From Octopus sinensis (Eukaryota), in NCBI RefSeq assembly GCF_006345805.1, contig NC_043000.1, positions 14,322,001 through 14,386,000 on the forward strand: 64,000 nucleotides of DNA. Reading direction: 5' to 3'. The notes under the pieces were generated by a model. That model saw only the letters and a program-made list of their open reading frames with translations. It was not told the origin of the DNA and made no database searches. The position numbers and the translations under genes were made by a program. Positions 23,822 through 36,830 of the stretch are shown piece by piece. Each line of letters begins with the position of its first letter. The first letter of the stretch is position 1.

Positions 23822-25256
23822 GCTTATTGGCCACACAGGGCTGCACACAGATGGGACAAGTTACAAGGTAGAGCTTTTCTTTTGGGGGATGAAGAGAACA
23901 AAAACAAAAGAAAAAAAAGGCGTGGCGTAGGTTTTCGATCAAGAGGGATCGTAAAAGGGAAGAAAAGAACAAAAACAAAAAGAAATTGAATAAAATAAAA
24001 AGAATAAAAAGAATAAAAAAGGAAAAGGAACAAAAGGAAAGAGAAATGAAAAAAGAAGAAAAAAGGGGAAAAAAAGGGGAAGAGGAAAAAAAAAAAGAAC
24101 GATCAATGGGGATCGTGTATCACAGTGTTATGATATATGGTGTAAAGGGGAAGGCAAGTAAGGTTTATCCGTGGGAAGAAAAGCCTACGAAAAAGACCAC
24201 GGTAACCTTGGTCAATATTGTTATATGTTACCACATTTGTTTGCAAGTGGGTAACCCTCTGTTTTCAATTATTGGGTTCATAGGATTATGCTCAAGGTGG
24301 CTTCGTCATTCATACGTGTCATCCTTGCTACATTCACCCATCTTTTTTTAAAACATTCGCTAGACAAAACTTGCCTCTCTACTCTCACTTTCCTTTTCAA
24401 GTGGTACTTGAAGAAGTTGATGAGAGATTGACCAGAGAGGAAAGTGTTTGTCTCCAATCCTTTCAGACGCGTCCACCAGATACATTCTTTCGCCATAGCC
24501 ACAAGGATGATGAAAATAGCTCTTCCTTCCCGTTTGAAGGAAGGAGGCGTGACAATATTGACGATAGACTCAGCTGATAAACCGACTCGTCCCACACGTG
24601 ACAGCAGTTGTTCGACATAAGCCCACAGGTCGGAAATTGTTGGACACTGCACGAGTGCGTGCAGAGCGGTTTCGTCGCTCTGACCGCATCTCGGGCAGGT
24701 CGGCCCCGTGTTTCTCGAGCCGTGTCTGTAGAGCTTATCCCGAACGGGTAGCGCTTCTCGGTAGCACTGCCAGGCCAGGGATCTCTGGAAGTTGTCCATG
24801 GGCCCTGGCCCGAAAGTCGTCCTGAACAGGCGGGTCAGGTACTCCTCGTCGACGTCCAGGTTCGCCCCGAGCTCGTCGTCGTACCTCCCCTCCACTAATC
24901 CCCTATAGATGCTTTGGTTGTGTTGAAGTCACTCAAGGTCGACCCGGGACGGCAGAGTTGCTTGAGAGCAACGCGACACTCGCGGTGCCAATCGCCCTTC
25001 CTCTGCCTCTTTTTGATCCACGACTGCAGTTCGGTCATGGAGACGAGCTGCGGGAAAGCGTGCCTCACAAACGGCGACCACACCTGTTCACCGTCGTCTA
25101 CATAGAGCCAGAGATGTCGCAGTCTCAGCGCGTGTCTGCGCATCATCAACCACGGCATGCCCAGCCCTCCTTTTAGCGGGTGTTGACAGCAAATGGATCG
25201 CCTGACCATCGGGACGCATCCTTTCCACAAGAAGCGAAAGAGAATGCGTTGTAGTT
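23822..25256 (-). mobile_element. 5'-truncated Tx1/L1-clade LINE (ORF2 C-terminal ~310 aa, one frameshift at ~24895)
   Basis: LQRILFRFLWKG..GGLGMP and the CCHC zinc knuckle TCPRCGQSDETALHALVQC typical of L1/Tx1 ORF2. (TCTA)n on the element strand at both junctions. Confidence 0.85.
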
Positions 25257-25338
<82 letters not shown>

Positions 25339-26069
25339 TTCCATCTTCAAAGTTCCCTGAATTGAGAATTGAAATGTAAGATCTTTTCTACCCTTATGAC
25401 GGAGGCTACATTCATCTAATGTTCATTGCTTCCGATACGGCCGTATATTGTGATGAACTACTTCATCAAAATTCTGATCGAAGAACGCGGTTTCGATTCC
25501 CAGACCGGGCATTGTGAGTGTTTCTGAGCAAAAGCACCTAAGCTCCACGGGACACCGGCGGGGGGTGGGGTGCTGTACTCTTTCACCACAACTTTCGCTC
25601 ACTTTTTCTTCCTACTTCTGCCACAAAGCAGAGGAACCATGGTGTAACCCACGACGGTGTGGTAAACTTTCAGACCGTAGTCTAGATTGCGAATCCTCTG
25701 TAACCCAGGGTGGATCAGCTCTCCACCCGTTTAAAGCCACCGTTTAAGGAATGAGGATAACAACGTAGCTTTCGTGCCCGTGCAACCGCCAGTCTATCGC
25801 GTGTGCTGGGGGGATCTTCAAGTTGCCACACGCATTCTTAGTAGCTCGAATTAGATATTATTCTTTGTGGCTAATGGAGTGAGTTCTGATTGGAAGAAGA
25901 AGAAGAAGAAGAAGAAGAAGAAGAAGAAGAAGAAGAAGAAGAAGAAAGAAGAAGAAGAAGAAGAAGAGAAGAAGAGAAGAAGAAGAAGAAGAAGAAGGAC
26001 GAGGAGGTGGAGGAGGTGGAGGAGGTGGAGGAGGAGGAGAAGGAGAAGGCAGCATCAACACCACTAACT

Positions 26070-26878
26070 GGCATCCGTCGGTTGCGACGACGAGTGTTTC
26101 AGTTGATCCGATCAACGAAACAGCTTGCCTGTGCAATTAACGTGCAAATGGCTGAGCACTCAACAGACGCGCATGTCTTTAACGTAGTTCTCAGGGAGAT
26201 TCAGCGTGACTCAGAATGTGATAAGGCTGACCCTTTGAATTACATGTACAACTCATTTTTGCCAGTTGGGTGGACTAAAGCAACGTGAAATAAAATGCCT
26301 TGCACAAGGACACAGCGCACCATCGGGTATCGGACTCATGACGTTACGATTGTTAGCCGAATACCATTACCTATTTCTTTACTACCCACAAGGAGCTAAA
26401 CACAGAGAGGGCAAACAAGGACAGACAAACGGATTAAGTTGATTACATCGACCCCAGTGCGTAACTGGTACTTATTTTAATCGACCCCGAAAGGATGAAA
26501 GACAAAGTCGACCTCGACGGAATTTGAACTCAGAACGTAGCGGCAGACGAAATACGGCTACGCATTTGGCCCGGCGTGCTAATCTAGTGTAATAATATTT
26601 CTTTATTGCCCACAAGGGGCTAAACGTAGAGGAGACAGACAAGGACAGACAAACGAATTAAGTCGATTACATCGACCCCAGTGCGTAACTGGTACTTATT
26701 TTAATCGACCCCAAAAGGATGAAAGGCAAAGTCGACCTCGGCGGAATTTGAACTCAGAACGTAACGGCAGACGAAATACGGCTACGCATTTCGTCCGGCG
26801 TGCTAACTTTGCTGCCAGCCCGCCGCCTTTGGCCGAATACCATTACCACTAAACCACTCACCTTCACAACGCCGCTAA
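26070..26878 (-). mobile_element. SINE D carrying a nested SINE C dimer (26372-26831)
   Basis: 16-bp direct repeat GCCGAATACCATTACC at 26356-26371 and 26832-26847 flanks both C units. Confidence 0.75.
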
Positions 26879-27188
26879 CACCACCTACTTAACTATAACT
26901 ACCGCTGACTACACTATCGTTATTACAAACACCAACGCTTACCAGAACAACAGTAACACTATCACCACCACCACCACCACCACTACCATCGCCATCAGCA
27001 ACAACAATAACAACATAACAAGCTCCTCCTCCACCACCACCATCACATCTCCACTAATCCACAAAAGACAAATGACCTTACCCTATCAATGAAGATAAAC
27101 CTCCTCTAAATAGATCCTCTTTCATTGACGTCACTGTCTGATGAACGTACACTGGCTGGTCGGCTATCTTGGATATCTGGTGTCTCAC

Positions 27189-27278
<90 letters not shown>

Positions 27279-27598
27279 GGACACGGACACACACATGCAC
27301 ACATGCACACGTACGCATACACACACACATACACTGAAATGCATGTAGAGTAATGATTATTAAGATCATACGCTGATTCGATGGCCATGTTGAGTATCTG
27401 ATGTCTCGCGTATATTGTACACCGACGCACAGCTACTAATGAATACCCACATATGCACACAAACACACACACACACACACACGTACAAACACACACACAC
27501 ACACACGCACATAGACACAAGTTCAACACAGATACACAAATGCTTACAGAGATAGACACACAGATACAACCACCCACACGCATACACCCACGCACGCA

Positions 27599-27636
<38 letters not shown>

Positions 27637-27740
27637 TTTACACAAATATGTGCATACATGCATTCACAGACACGATGGCTCTGTCCGTATATAATGAATG
27701 ATCACTTGGATGGATATCTCACACATGCACACACGCACAT

Positions 27741-28126
27741 TGGAAGCACCCCGTCGGTTACAACGATGAGGGTTCCGGTTGATCCGAATCAACGGAACAG
27801 CCTGCTCGTGAAATTAACGTGTAAGTGGCTGAGTACTCCACAGACACGTGCACCCTTAACGTAGTTCTCGGGGATATTCAGCGTGACACAGAGAGTGACA
27901 AGGCCGGCCCCTTGAAATACAGGTACAACAGAAACAGGAAGTAAGAGTGAGAGAAAGTTGTGGTGAAAGAGTACAGCAGGGATCACCACCATCCCCTGCC
28001 GGAGCCTCGTGGAGCTTTTAGGTGTTTTCACTCAATAAACACTCACAACGCCCGGTCTGGAAATCGAAACCGTGATCCTATGACCGCGAGTCCGCTGCCC
28101 TAACCACTGGGCCATTGCGCCTCCAC
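27741..28126 (-). mobile_element. SINE B, full length
   Basis: Matches family B. Confidence 0.9.
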
Positions 28127-28179
28127 TTGTGGGCAGTACACACGCACATACACATACACACACAGAGAAACACACTCAA

Positions 28180-28325
28180 AGGGGGATAGAGGTAGAACGA
28201 GAGAGACAGACAACATAGGATGAAGTACTGAAGAACGACCTCAGGATGGTGAACCTTTCAGGTGAGATGACAAAGGACCAAGATGCGTGGCACCTTACTA
28301 TACTCAAGAAAACCCATGCTCCACA
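28180..28325 (+). mobile_element. RTE-clade LINE 3' remnant
   Basis: [25 protein letters not shown] resembles the RTE C-terminal W.E.V..DL.......DR..WR motif. Confidence 0.55.
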
Positions 28326-29220
28326 GCAGATAGACAAACAGACAGACAAACAGACACAGATAGACAAACAGACACAGATAGACAAACAGACACAGATAGA
28401 CAAACAGACACAGATAGACAAACAGACACAGATAGACAAACAGACACACAGATAGACAAACAGACACAGATAGACAAACAGACACAGATAGACAAACAGA
28501 CACAGATAGACAAACAGACACAGATAGACAAACAGACACAGATAGACAAACAGACACAGATAGACAAACAGATAGACAAACAGACAGACAAACAGACACA
28601 GATAGACAACAGACACAGATAGACAAACAGACACAGATAGACAAACAGATAGACAAACAGACAGACAAACAGACACAGATAGACAAACAGACACAGATAG
28701 ACAAACAGACACAGATAGACAAACAGACAGACAAACAGACAGACAAACAGACACAGATAGACAAACAGACACAGATAGACAAACAGACACAGATAGACAA
28801 ACAGATAGACAAACAGACAGACAAACAGACACAGATAGACAAACAGACACAGATAGACAAACAGACACAGATAGACAAACAGATAGACAAACAGACAGAC
28901 AAACAGACACAGATAGACAAACAGACACAGATAGACAAACAGACACAGATAGACAAACAGACAGACAAACAGACAGACAAACAGACACAGATAGACAAAC
29001 AGACACAGATAGACAAACAGACACAGATAGACAAACAGATAGACAAACAGACAGACAAACAGACACAGATAGACAAACAGACACAGATAGACAAACAGAC
29101 ACAGATAGACAAACAGATAGACAAACAGACAGACAAACAGACACAGATAGACAAACAGACACAGATAGACAAACAGACACAGATAGACAAACAGACACAG
29201 ATAGACAAACAGACAGACAA
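28326..29220. repeat. GATAGACAAACAGACACA minisatellite with a 78-bp higher-order period
   Basis: The minus-strand translation repeats (SVSVCL)3(SVCL)2 = 26 codons about seven times. Confidence 0.9.
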
Positions 29221-29376
29221 AAAAAAACAAAGTAACATGCACTAACGCAATTGTTTACCCAAAGATATCAAGAACCTAACGATAGCCACTGACGGTTTTT
29301 CAACATCACCATATTTTAAATTCGTACTTCGTGGATTCACTGAATCATCGATTTCTTTATTACCCATGATGGACTG

Positions 29377-29530
29377 ATTTCAGTTTCCATCAACCAAATC
29401 TACTCACAAGGCTTTGGTTGGCCCGAGGCTATAGTAGAAATCACTTGCCCGAGGTGCCATCCAATGGGATTGAACCCAAAACCATGTGGTTGGGAGGCAA
29501 ACTTATTACACAGTCACACCTGCACCTGTA
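29377..29530 (-). mobile_element. SINE A 5' part, diverged
   Basis: Family A head in reverse orientation. Confidence 0.7.
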
Positions 29531-29547
29531 AACATTCTTCTCTTCTC

Positions 29548-31003
29548 TAGGCACAAGGCCCAAAATTTTGGGGGAGGAAGCCAGCCAATCGATTAGATCG
29601 ACCCCAGTACGCAACTGGTACTTAATTTATCGACCGCAAAAGAATGAAAGGCAAAGTCAACCTCAGCGGAATTTGAACTCAGAATGTAAAGATAGACGAA
29701 ATACCTATTTCTATTTCTTTACTACCCACAAGGGGCTAAAACAGAGAGGACAAACAAGGACAGACAACGGATTAAGCCGATTATATCGACTCCAGTGCGT
29801 AACTGGTACTTAATTTATCGACCGCAAAAGAATGAAAGGCAAAGTCAACCTCAGCGGAATTTGAACTCAGAATGTAAAGATAGACGAAATACCTATTTCT
29901 ATTTCTTTACTACCACAAGGGGCTAAACACAGAGAGGACAAACAAGGACAGACAACGGATTAAGCCGATTATATCGACCCCAGTGCGTAACTGGTACTTA
30001 ATTTATCGACCGCAAAAGAATGAAAGGCAAAGTCAACCTCAGCGGAATTTGAACTCAGAATGTAAAGATAGACGAAATACCTATTTCTATTTCTTTACTA
30101 CCCACAAGGGGCTAAACACAGAGAGGACAAACAAGGACAGACAAACGGATTAAGCCGATTATATCGACCCCAGTGCGTAACTGGTACTTAATTTATCGAC
30201 CGCAAAAGAATGAAAGGCAAAGTCAACCTCAGCGGAATTTGAACTCAGAATGTAAAGATAGACGAAATACCTATTTCTATTTCTTTACTACCCACAAGGG
30301 GCTAAACACAGAGAGGACAAACAAGGACAGACAAACGGATTAAGCCGATTATATCGACTCCAGTGCGTAACTGGTACTTAATTTATCGACCGCAAAAGAA
30401 TGAAAGGCAAAGTCAACCTCAGCGGAATTTGAACTCAGAATGTAAAGATAGACGAAATACCTATTTCTATTTCTTTACTACCCACAAGGGGCTAAACACA
30501 GAGAGGACAAACAAGGACAGACAAACGGATTAAGCCGATTATATCGACTCCAGTGCGTAACTGGTACTTAATTTATCGACCGCAAAAGAATGAAAGGCAA
30601 AGTCAACCTCAGCGGAATTTGAACTCAGAATGTAAAGATAGACGAAATACCTATTTCTATTTCTTTACTACCCACAAGGGGCTAAACACAGAGAGGACAA
30701 ACAAGGACAGACAAACGGATTAAGCCGATTATATCGACCCCAGTGCGTAACTGGTACTTAATTTATCGACCGCAAAAGAATGAAAGGCAAAGTCAACCTC
30801 AGCGGAATTTGAACTCAGAATGTAAAGATAGACGAAATACCTATTTCTATTTCTTTACTACCCACAAGGGACTAAACACAGAGAGGACAAACAAGGACAG
30901 ACAAACGGATTAAGCCGATTATATCGACCCCAGTGCGTAACTGGTACTTATTTAATCGACCCCGAAAGGATGAAAGGCAAAGTCGACCTCGGCGGAATTT
31001 GAA
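29548..31003 (-). repeat. Tandem array of a SINE C-derived 188-190-bp unit (7 periods)
   Basis: CTGGTACTTA recurs at 29615, 29803, 29991, 30181, 30371, 30561, 30751 and 30941. Confidence 0.95.
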
Positions 31004-31199
31004 CCATCATCAATTCAAAACACATTCACAAAAGCACAAACACACGCGCGCGCCGAATAATCTGAAACACAGCGTAAACCAGAAAACCAGACACACTACA
31101 CGGGGTGACGCTCTACCGTAGTTAGAACTCGCAGTTGTTCAAACCAGACCAAGAACGAAGAGCGTCAAAAATAAAGAGTTAATGAAAACTAGCATACAA

Positions 31200-31592
31200 A
31201 CAAGTGCAGGCGTGGCTGTGTGGTAAGAAACTTGCTTCCCAACCACATGGTTCCGGGTTCAGCCCCACTGCGTGGCACCTTGGGAAAGTGTCTTGAACTA
31301 TGGCCTCGGGCCAACCAAAGCCTGGTGATTTGGTAGCCGGAAACTGAAAGAAAACCACCGTGTGTGTGTGTGTGTGTGTTTGTATCTGTTTGTCCCCCAC
31401 CGCTTGACAACTGATGGTGGTGTGTTTAGGTTCCCGTAACTTAGCGGTTCGGCAAAATAGACCGATAGAATAAGTACTAGGCTCCCAATGAATAAGTCCT
31501 GGGGTCGATTTGCTCGACTAAAAAAAAAAGTCCTTTCAGGCGGTGCTCCAGCATGGCCGCAGCCCAAATAACTGAAACATGTAAAAGAGTAA
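31200..31592 (+). mobile_element. SINE A, full length
   Basis: Family A modules in order. Confidence 0.85.
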
Positions 31593-32218
31593 ACAAGCAT
31601 ATACGCACAAACATCTATGTGTGTTCTCTGCTACTTTTAATTATTTGGTGTCTGCCTGTAAGGAAGGAACTGGTTTCTAACAAGAATAAATTGTAACAGA
31701 GCGGAAAACGAAATCCTTATTGCAATGGATCATAAAATTTCCATTTTGATTCAAGTCCAAATATCTTGCTGGAAAAGGCAAAAGTGTTTTACTAAGGGTC
31801 ATGAAAGGGGGCAAATGTAATATGGAAATTTTCGCAGCAAAAGTTCCATTTGACTTACTGTCCACACGGGACTGTGCGTAAAGAAACTAATTTAAAAAGT
31901 CTAGTAACAGATCGAGTAAGTTTTGCGCACAAATGTTGAAACTTCGTTTTTTAGCCAACACATCTATAAACACACAAGCACAGTCGTTGTTATTGGGAGG
32001 AGCAAAAGTACTTTGTTATATTTGGCAACAATCTGTGAATCCAAGCAATACGGAGCGCTGCTTTTAAGCATGGATTGGTTTCACGCTGTCATTATTTTGT
32101 ATGTCTCTTATTAGTTCGTCCATTCGATACCAGCGAATTAGAAATGGTCTAGAAATTCAGAAAATAAGCTCAGCTGCTTCTTGTCAACGATTCTATTACT
32201 TAGACAATTATATATATA

Positions 32219-32599
32219 GGAGCACTCCGTCGGTTTCGACGATGAGGGTCCCAGCTGATACGATCAACGGAACAGCTTGCTCGTGATATTAACGTGCAAG
32301 TGGCTGAGCACTTTACAGACACATGCACCCTTAACGTAGTTCTCGGGGAGATTCAGCGTGACACAGAGTGTGACAAGGCTGGCCTTTTGAAATACAGGTA
32401 CAAGAGAAACAGGAAGAAAGAGTGAGAGAAAGTTGTGGTGAAAGAGTACAGCAGGGTTCACCCCCCCCCCTGCCGGAGCCTCGTGGAGCTTTAGGTGTTT
32501 TCGCTCAATAAACCCTCACAATGCCCGGTCTGGGAATCGAAACCGCGATCTTCCGACCGCGAGTCCGCTGCCCTAACCACTGGGCCATTGCGCCTCCAC
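32219..32599 (-). mobile_element. SINE B, full length
   Basis: 14-bp TSD ACTTAGACAATTAT at 32198-32211 and 32600-32613. Confidence 0.9.
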
Positions 32600-32799
32600 A
32601 CTTAGACAATTATGGTTGTTAGAGAATATTTTGAAATTAATTCTAAGAAATTTTATGACGGTTCACGTTTACTGAAACGTATGAAGTGAGAAAAGTTATT
32701 TGATAAAATCATCGAAATATTTTAATAGCGAATCCACGAGATTTTTCTGTTTATCTTTAGTCCATTTAGCCCATGTATGGCCAAACACATTTCAGTATA

Positions 32800-33050
32800 G
32801 AGAAGAAGAGGGCGGCGAGCTGACCGAATCGTTTCTACACCAGACAAAATGCTTTGATATTATTTTCAAATTCAAGGCGACGAGCTGGCAGAATCGTTAG
32901 CACGCTGGGCTAAATGATTTGCGGTATTTCGTCTTTCTGAGTTCAAATTCCGCCGAGGCCGACTTTGCCTTTCGTCCTTTTGGGGTCGATAAATTAAATA
33001 CCAGTTGAGTACTGGGGTCGATATAATCGATTAGTCCCCTCCTCCATAAT
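32800..33050 (+). mobile_element. SINE C with duplicated head (paralogue at 37990-38235)
   Basis: Two successive GAGCTG.C.GAATCGTT heads; the same structure and 5' flank recur at ~38 kb. Confidence 0.75.
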
Positions 33051-33129
33051 TTAAATTGTTAAAAATATCATTTTTTTAACAATTTAAATATTTTTAAATT
33101 GTTAAAAATATCACCAAGATATTAAACTC

Positions 33130-33862
33130 AGGCCTTCACAACTCTGGACTTCATAAATTGGAAGGTTTTATATTTTCTACCAAAGTTCGACAGAGTACCA
33201 TACAGGGCAATAAACCTTTCTAGGTAGTTGCTTTTAATAACCAACGTCGATACGGAAGAGCAGTCTCGCATATTCATTATTTATGTCGTCTTTACTGAAT
33301 TCTTTGAATAGTTTTCAGTCCTTGAATGAGCTAATATCAGATTGATCATGTTTATAATATTCTTCATTGAATCATCCAACGTTGGACTAAGTCTAGCAGC
33401 AGCCAAACTTTTTCTATGGGAATAATACAATAAATAATCATCATACAAGGTTTATCAACTGCCAGAAGTTTCCGTCATTTCTTGTGTCAACTCATCTTAG
33501 CTGGTGCATCATCTTCAACAATGAACTATTCTTCCTAATTTTGGCAAAAGCTCAACAGTTTTTAGGGAAGGCGTGGAGGAAATCGGTCGAATACATTGAC
33601 CCCAGTACTCAACTGGTACTTATTTTATCGACCCTGAAAGGATGAAAGGTAAAAGTTGGCCTCGACGAAATTTGAACTCGGAAAGTGAAGAGTTATAGGC
33701 GCAGGAGTGGTTGTGTGGTAAGTAGTTTGCTTACCAGCCACATGGTTCCGGGTTCAGTTCCACTGCGTGGTACCTTGGGCAAGTGTCTTCTACTATAGCC
33801 TCGGGCCGACCAAAGCCTTGTGAGTAGATTTGGTGGACAGAAACTGAAAGAAGCCCGTCGTA

Positions 33863-33897
<35 letters not shown>

Positions 33898-34470
33898 GGG
33901 GGGGTCTGTGTTTGTGTGTCTGTGTTTGTCCCCGCCCTGAACATCGCTTGACAACCGATGCTGGTGTGTTTGCGTCCCCGTAACCAAGCGGTTCGGCGAA
34001 AGAGACCGATAGAATAAGTACTGGGCTTACAAAGAATAAGTCCGGGGGGTCGATTTACTCGACTAAAGGCAGTGCTCCAGTATGGCCGCAGTTAAATGAC
34101 TGAAACGAGTAAAAGAGTAAAAAGAGTCGTCGGATAAAAATGCCGCTAAACATTTTCTACACCAGCAGTGGGTGCATTATCACTTACAGGAATAGCGTTG
34201 CTTACCGGGTACTTCCTCTTACGCACTGGTGGTGATTTTTCAAAGGCTCCTAAAATGTTTTCCGTTTATTCCATGAGTTTTGGGTTATGCTAGAAACAGG
34301 CAAAGGCATGAAAGAAGGCTTCACTGTTGCAGACTGTTGTTTTATTGAGGGTTCAGCAAAATTTGATATTCTGAAGAATCTCCGTCAATTGTGTTTCAAC
34401 ATTATCTGCAATTTGAAGATGATGTATGATGACATCAATGTGCATTTGGCGATGATTCGGTCGTTCATGC
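33130..34470 (-). pseudogene. Decayed hAT transposase interrupted by SINE C (33545-33690) and SINE A (33697-34127)
   Basis: In order on the minus strand: ADNVETQLTEILQNIKFC*TLNKTT..EAFFHAFACF (cf. L..FSLQLDEST..NEA.L.AYVRF), DDAPAKM (cf. TDGAPAM), CII..HRKSLAAARLSP (cf. HCIIHRE.LA), EYARLLF, KSNYLERFIALY. Confidence 0.65.
33697..34127 (+). mobile_element. SINE A, full length
   Basis: Matches family A. Confidence 0.9.
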
Positions 34471-34483
34471 TGTGATAGTAGTA

Positions 34484-34543
<60 letters not shown>

Positions 34544-34556
34544 TAGTAGTAGTAGT

Positions 34557-34588
<32 letters not shown>

Positions 34589-34730
34589 TAGTAGTGTTGG
34601 TGGCTCGTGGTGGAACAAGGAACAATGAACAAATGAACAAGCTAAACGAATAGTGCTCACTCAATGGAAATACACATGTGAACAGTCATATACGCATATA
34701 CATACATAACCGTATACACACCGGTACATC

Positions 34731-34780
<50 letters not shown>

Positions 34781-35044
34781 CGTACACGCACACGCACACG
34801 CACACACACACACGCACACACGCACACACACGCACACACACACGCACACAGAGTCCCTCTTTAACAAGCATAGACAGGCAGATATATTATTCATGAAAAA
34901 CAAGGATACGTGCTCAATTAGACCGCATTAGACCACACATAATTAATAATAAGCACATACATTTCTATACACGCGCGAGGACATATACGTACGTACATAC
35001 ATACATACATACATACAATATGTATGTGTGTGTTATATAAATGA

Positions 35045-35428
35045 GTGGAGGCGCAATGGCCCAGTGGTTAGGGCAGCGGACTCGCGGTCATAGGATCGCG
35101 GTTTCGATTCCCAGACCGGGCGTTGTGAGTGTTTATTGAGCGAATACACCTAAAGCTCCACGAGGCTCCGGCAGGGGGTGGTGGTGATCCCTGCTGTACT
35201 CTTTCACCACAACTTTCTCTCACTCTTACTTCCTGTTTCTGTTGTACCTGTATTTCAAAGGGCCGGCCTTGTCACTCTCTGTGTCACGCTGAATATCCCC
35301 GAGAACTACGTTAAGGGTACACGTGTCTGTGGAGTGCTCAGCCACTTACACGTTAATTTCACGAGCAGGCTGTTCCGTTGATCGGATCAACCGGAACCCT
35401 CGTCGTCGTAACCGACGGAGTGCTTCCA
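35045..35428 (+). mobile_element. SINE B, full length
   Basis: Matches family B; TATATAAATGA direct repeat on both sides. Confidence 0.9.
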
Positions 35429-35630
35429 TCCCATATATAAATGAACAAGCATAAAGAGAACTCATTTTATGAGTAGAGTGAAATAAATGAATTATTCGCG
35501 ACGGAAGCAGTATGAATATTAAAAAGTCATTTTTAAATCTATTTTAACATAGATGTCTTGTTAGTGCACCGAATACTGCGTTTTAGCCTATATGGTAGTA
35601 GACAAGAATCGTCTGTGAGGGGCGCCAGAA

Positions 35631-35676
35631 CTCCCAAATCACGTGATTTCATTCTACTGGAATTCATCAGTGGGAA
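35631..35676 (-). ncRNA. Type I hammerhead ribozyme motif
   Basis: Minus strand TTCCCA-CTGATGA-ATTC cagta GAAT-GAA-ATCACGTGAT-T-TGGGAG: 6-bp stem I, 4-bp stem II, palindromic stem III, AUU triplet. Confidence 0.7.
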
Positions 35677-36164
35677 GCGTCAGGTCACCGCATGTCAGCC
35701 AAATCTTGCTACTTCAGTACGAAAATATTTGGATGATTTTATCATATAACTTTTCTCACTTCACACTTTTCAGTAAATGTGATCCCTCATAAAATTTCTT
35801 AGAATTAATTTCAAAATATTCACTAACAACCATAATTGTCTAAGTAATAGAATCGTTGACATGAAGCAGCCGAGCTTCTTTTACTGAATTTCTTAGACCA
35901 TTTCTCTTTCGCTTGTATCGAATTCACGAACTAATGGAGACATACAAAATAAAGACAGTGAAGCCAATTCATGCTTAAAAACAACTCTCCATATTGCTGG
36001 ATTTTTGCTGGCTATTTGCGACGTAAGTGTTTGAAAAGATATTGATATTCTATGCACTAAGCGCCTTATATAAGAGGACCTCTCAAGGCTAATAAAGCAG
36101 TATTGAGTGTTAAGTTGGGTATAAAGATTACCTTTAAGTATTATACTGCTTCCATCGCTAATAA

Positions 36165-36545
36165 TCTCTCTATATATAAAGCTGAAGTTGTCTGTGTATT
36201 GCAGGTTTGGTAGCCTTCAACTAACACTATCTCCTCCGAGACCCTGCGGCGCAAGTTGACCAAAATCGAGAGTATGATAGAAGAAGGCTTGCTCTTCCTT
36301 CCGTAGGAGAAAACAATTCAAATCGGACCAAAAATTATTTACATCAAAAAGGTGCTTTTTTCTATGAAAATCCCTATTTTTTACGATTTTTTTATTGCTG
36401 TGTCGCCATTTTTCAGTGTATTTCAACCAGAAAAATGTTCACTAAAGAGAATAACAAGCTACATACTGCAATTTTTTTTACTTTTCAAAAATTCCAATTT
36501 TAAAGGGTCGAAACAAACCCGAGCAACGCCGGACGATATTGCTAG
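36165..36545 (+). mobile_element. Non-autonomous Helitron H1
   Basis: A|TC...hairpin...CTAG|T; paralogue of 6366-6733. Confidence 0.8.
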
Positions 36546-36650
36546 TTTTTGATAAGCCTGCTGGTTATTTGCGACATCAGTGCTTGAAAAGATGCTGAGA
36601 ATCTATATATCGTAACAGCAAAATTTGACTGGCCTGCGATGACCGGACGC

Positions 36651-36696
36651 TTCCCACTGATGATTTCTAGCTGAAGGACATCACATGATTTGGGAA
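36651..36696 (+). ncRNA. Hammerhead motif, degenerate paralogue of 35631-35676
   Basis: TTCCCA-CTGATGA-TTTC tagct GAAG-GAC-ATCACATGAT-T-TGGGAA; GAAA has changed to GACA. Confidence 0.55.
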
Positions 36697-36830
36697 TTCC
36701 GGCGCCCATGACAGACGATTCTCGTCTGCTACGATCTACATGTGGTTTTATGCACAAAGCGCCAATGAGAGGATCCCTCAAGTCTCCGATGTTCTAACGA
36801 GACATCCATGTTACGTAGGAGTGAAATATA

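Noticed and set aside
29548-31003. CRISPR-like regular array
   Set aside because: The units are near-identical over their full 190 bp with no unique spacers, they derive from a SINE, and there are no cas genes.
34188-34249. Apparent micro-exon with two GTAAG donors (AFEKSPPVRKRKYP)
   Set aside because: It lies within the hAT transposase remnant, and the stronger upstream acceptor gives stops in all frames.
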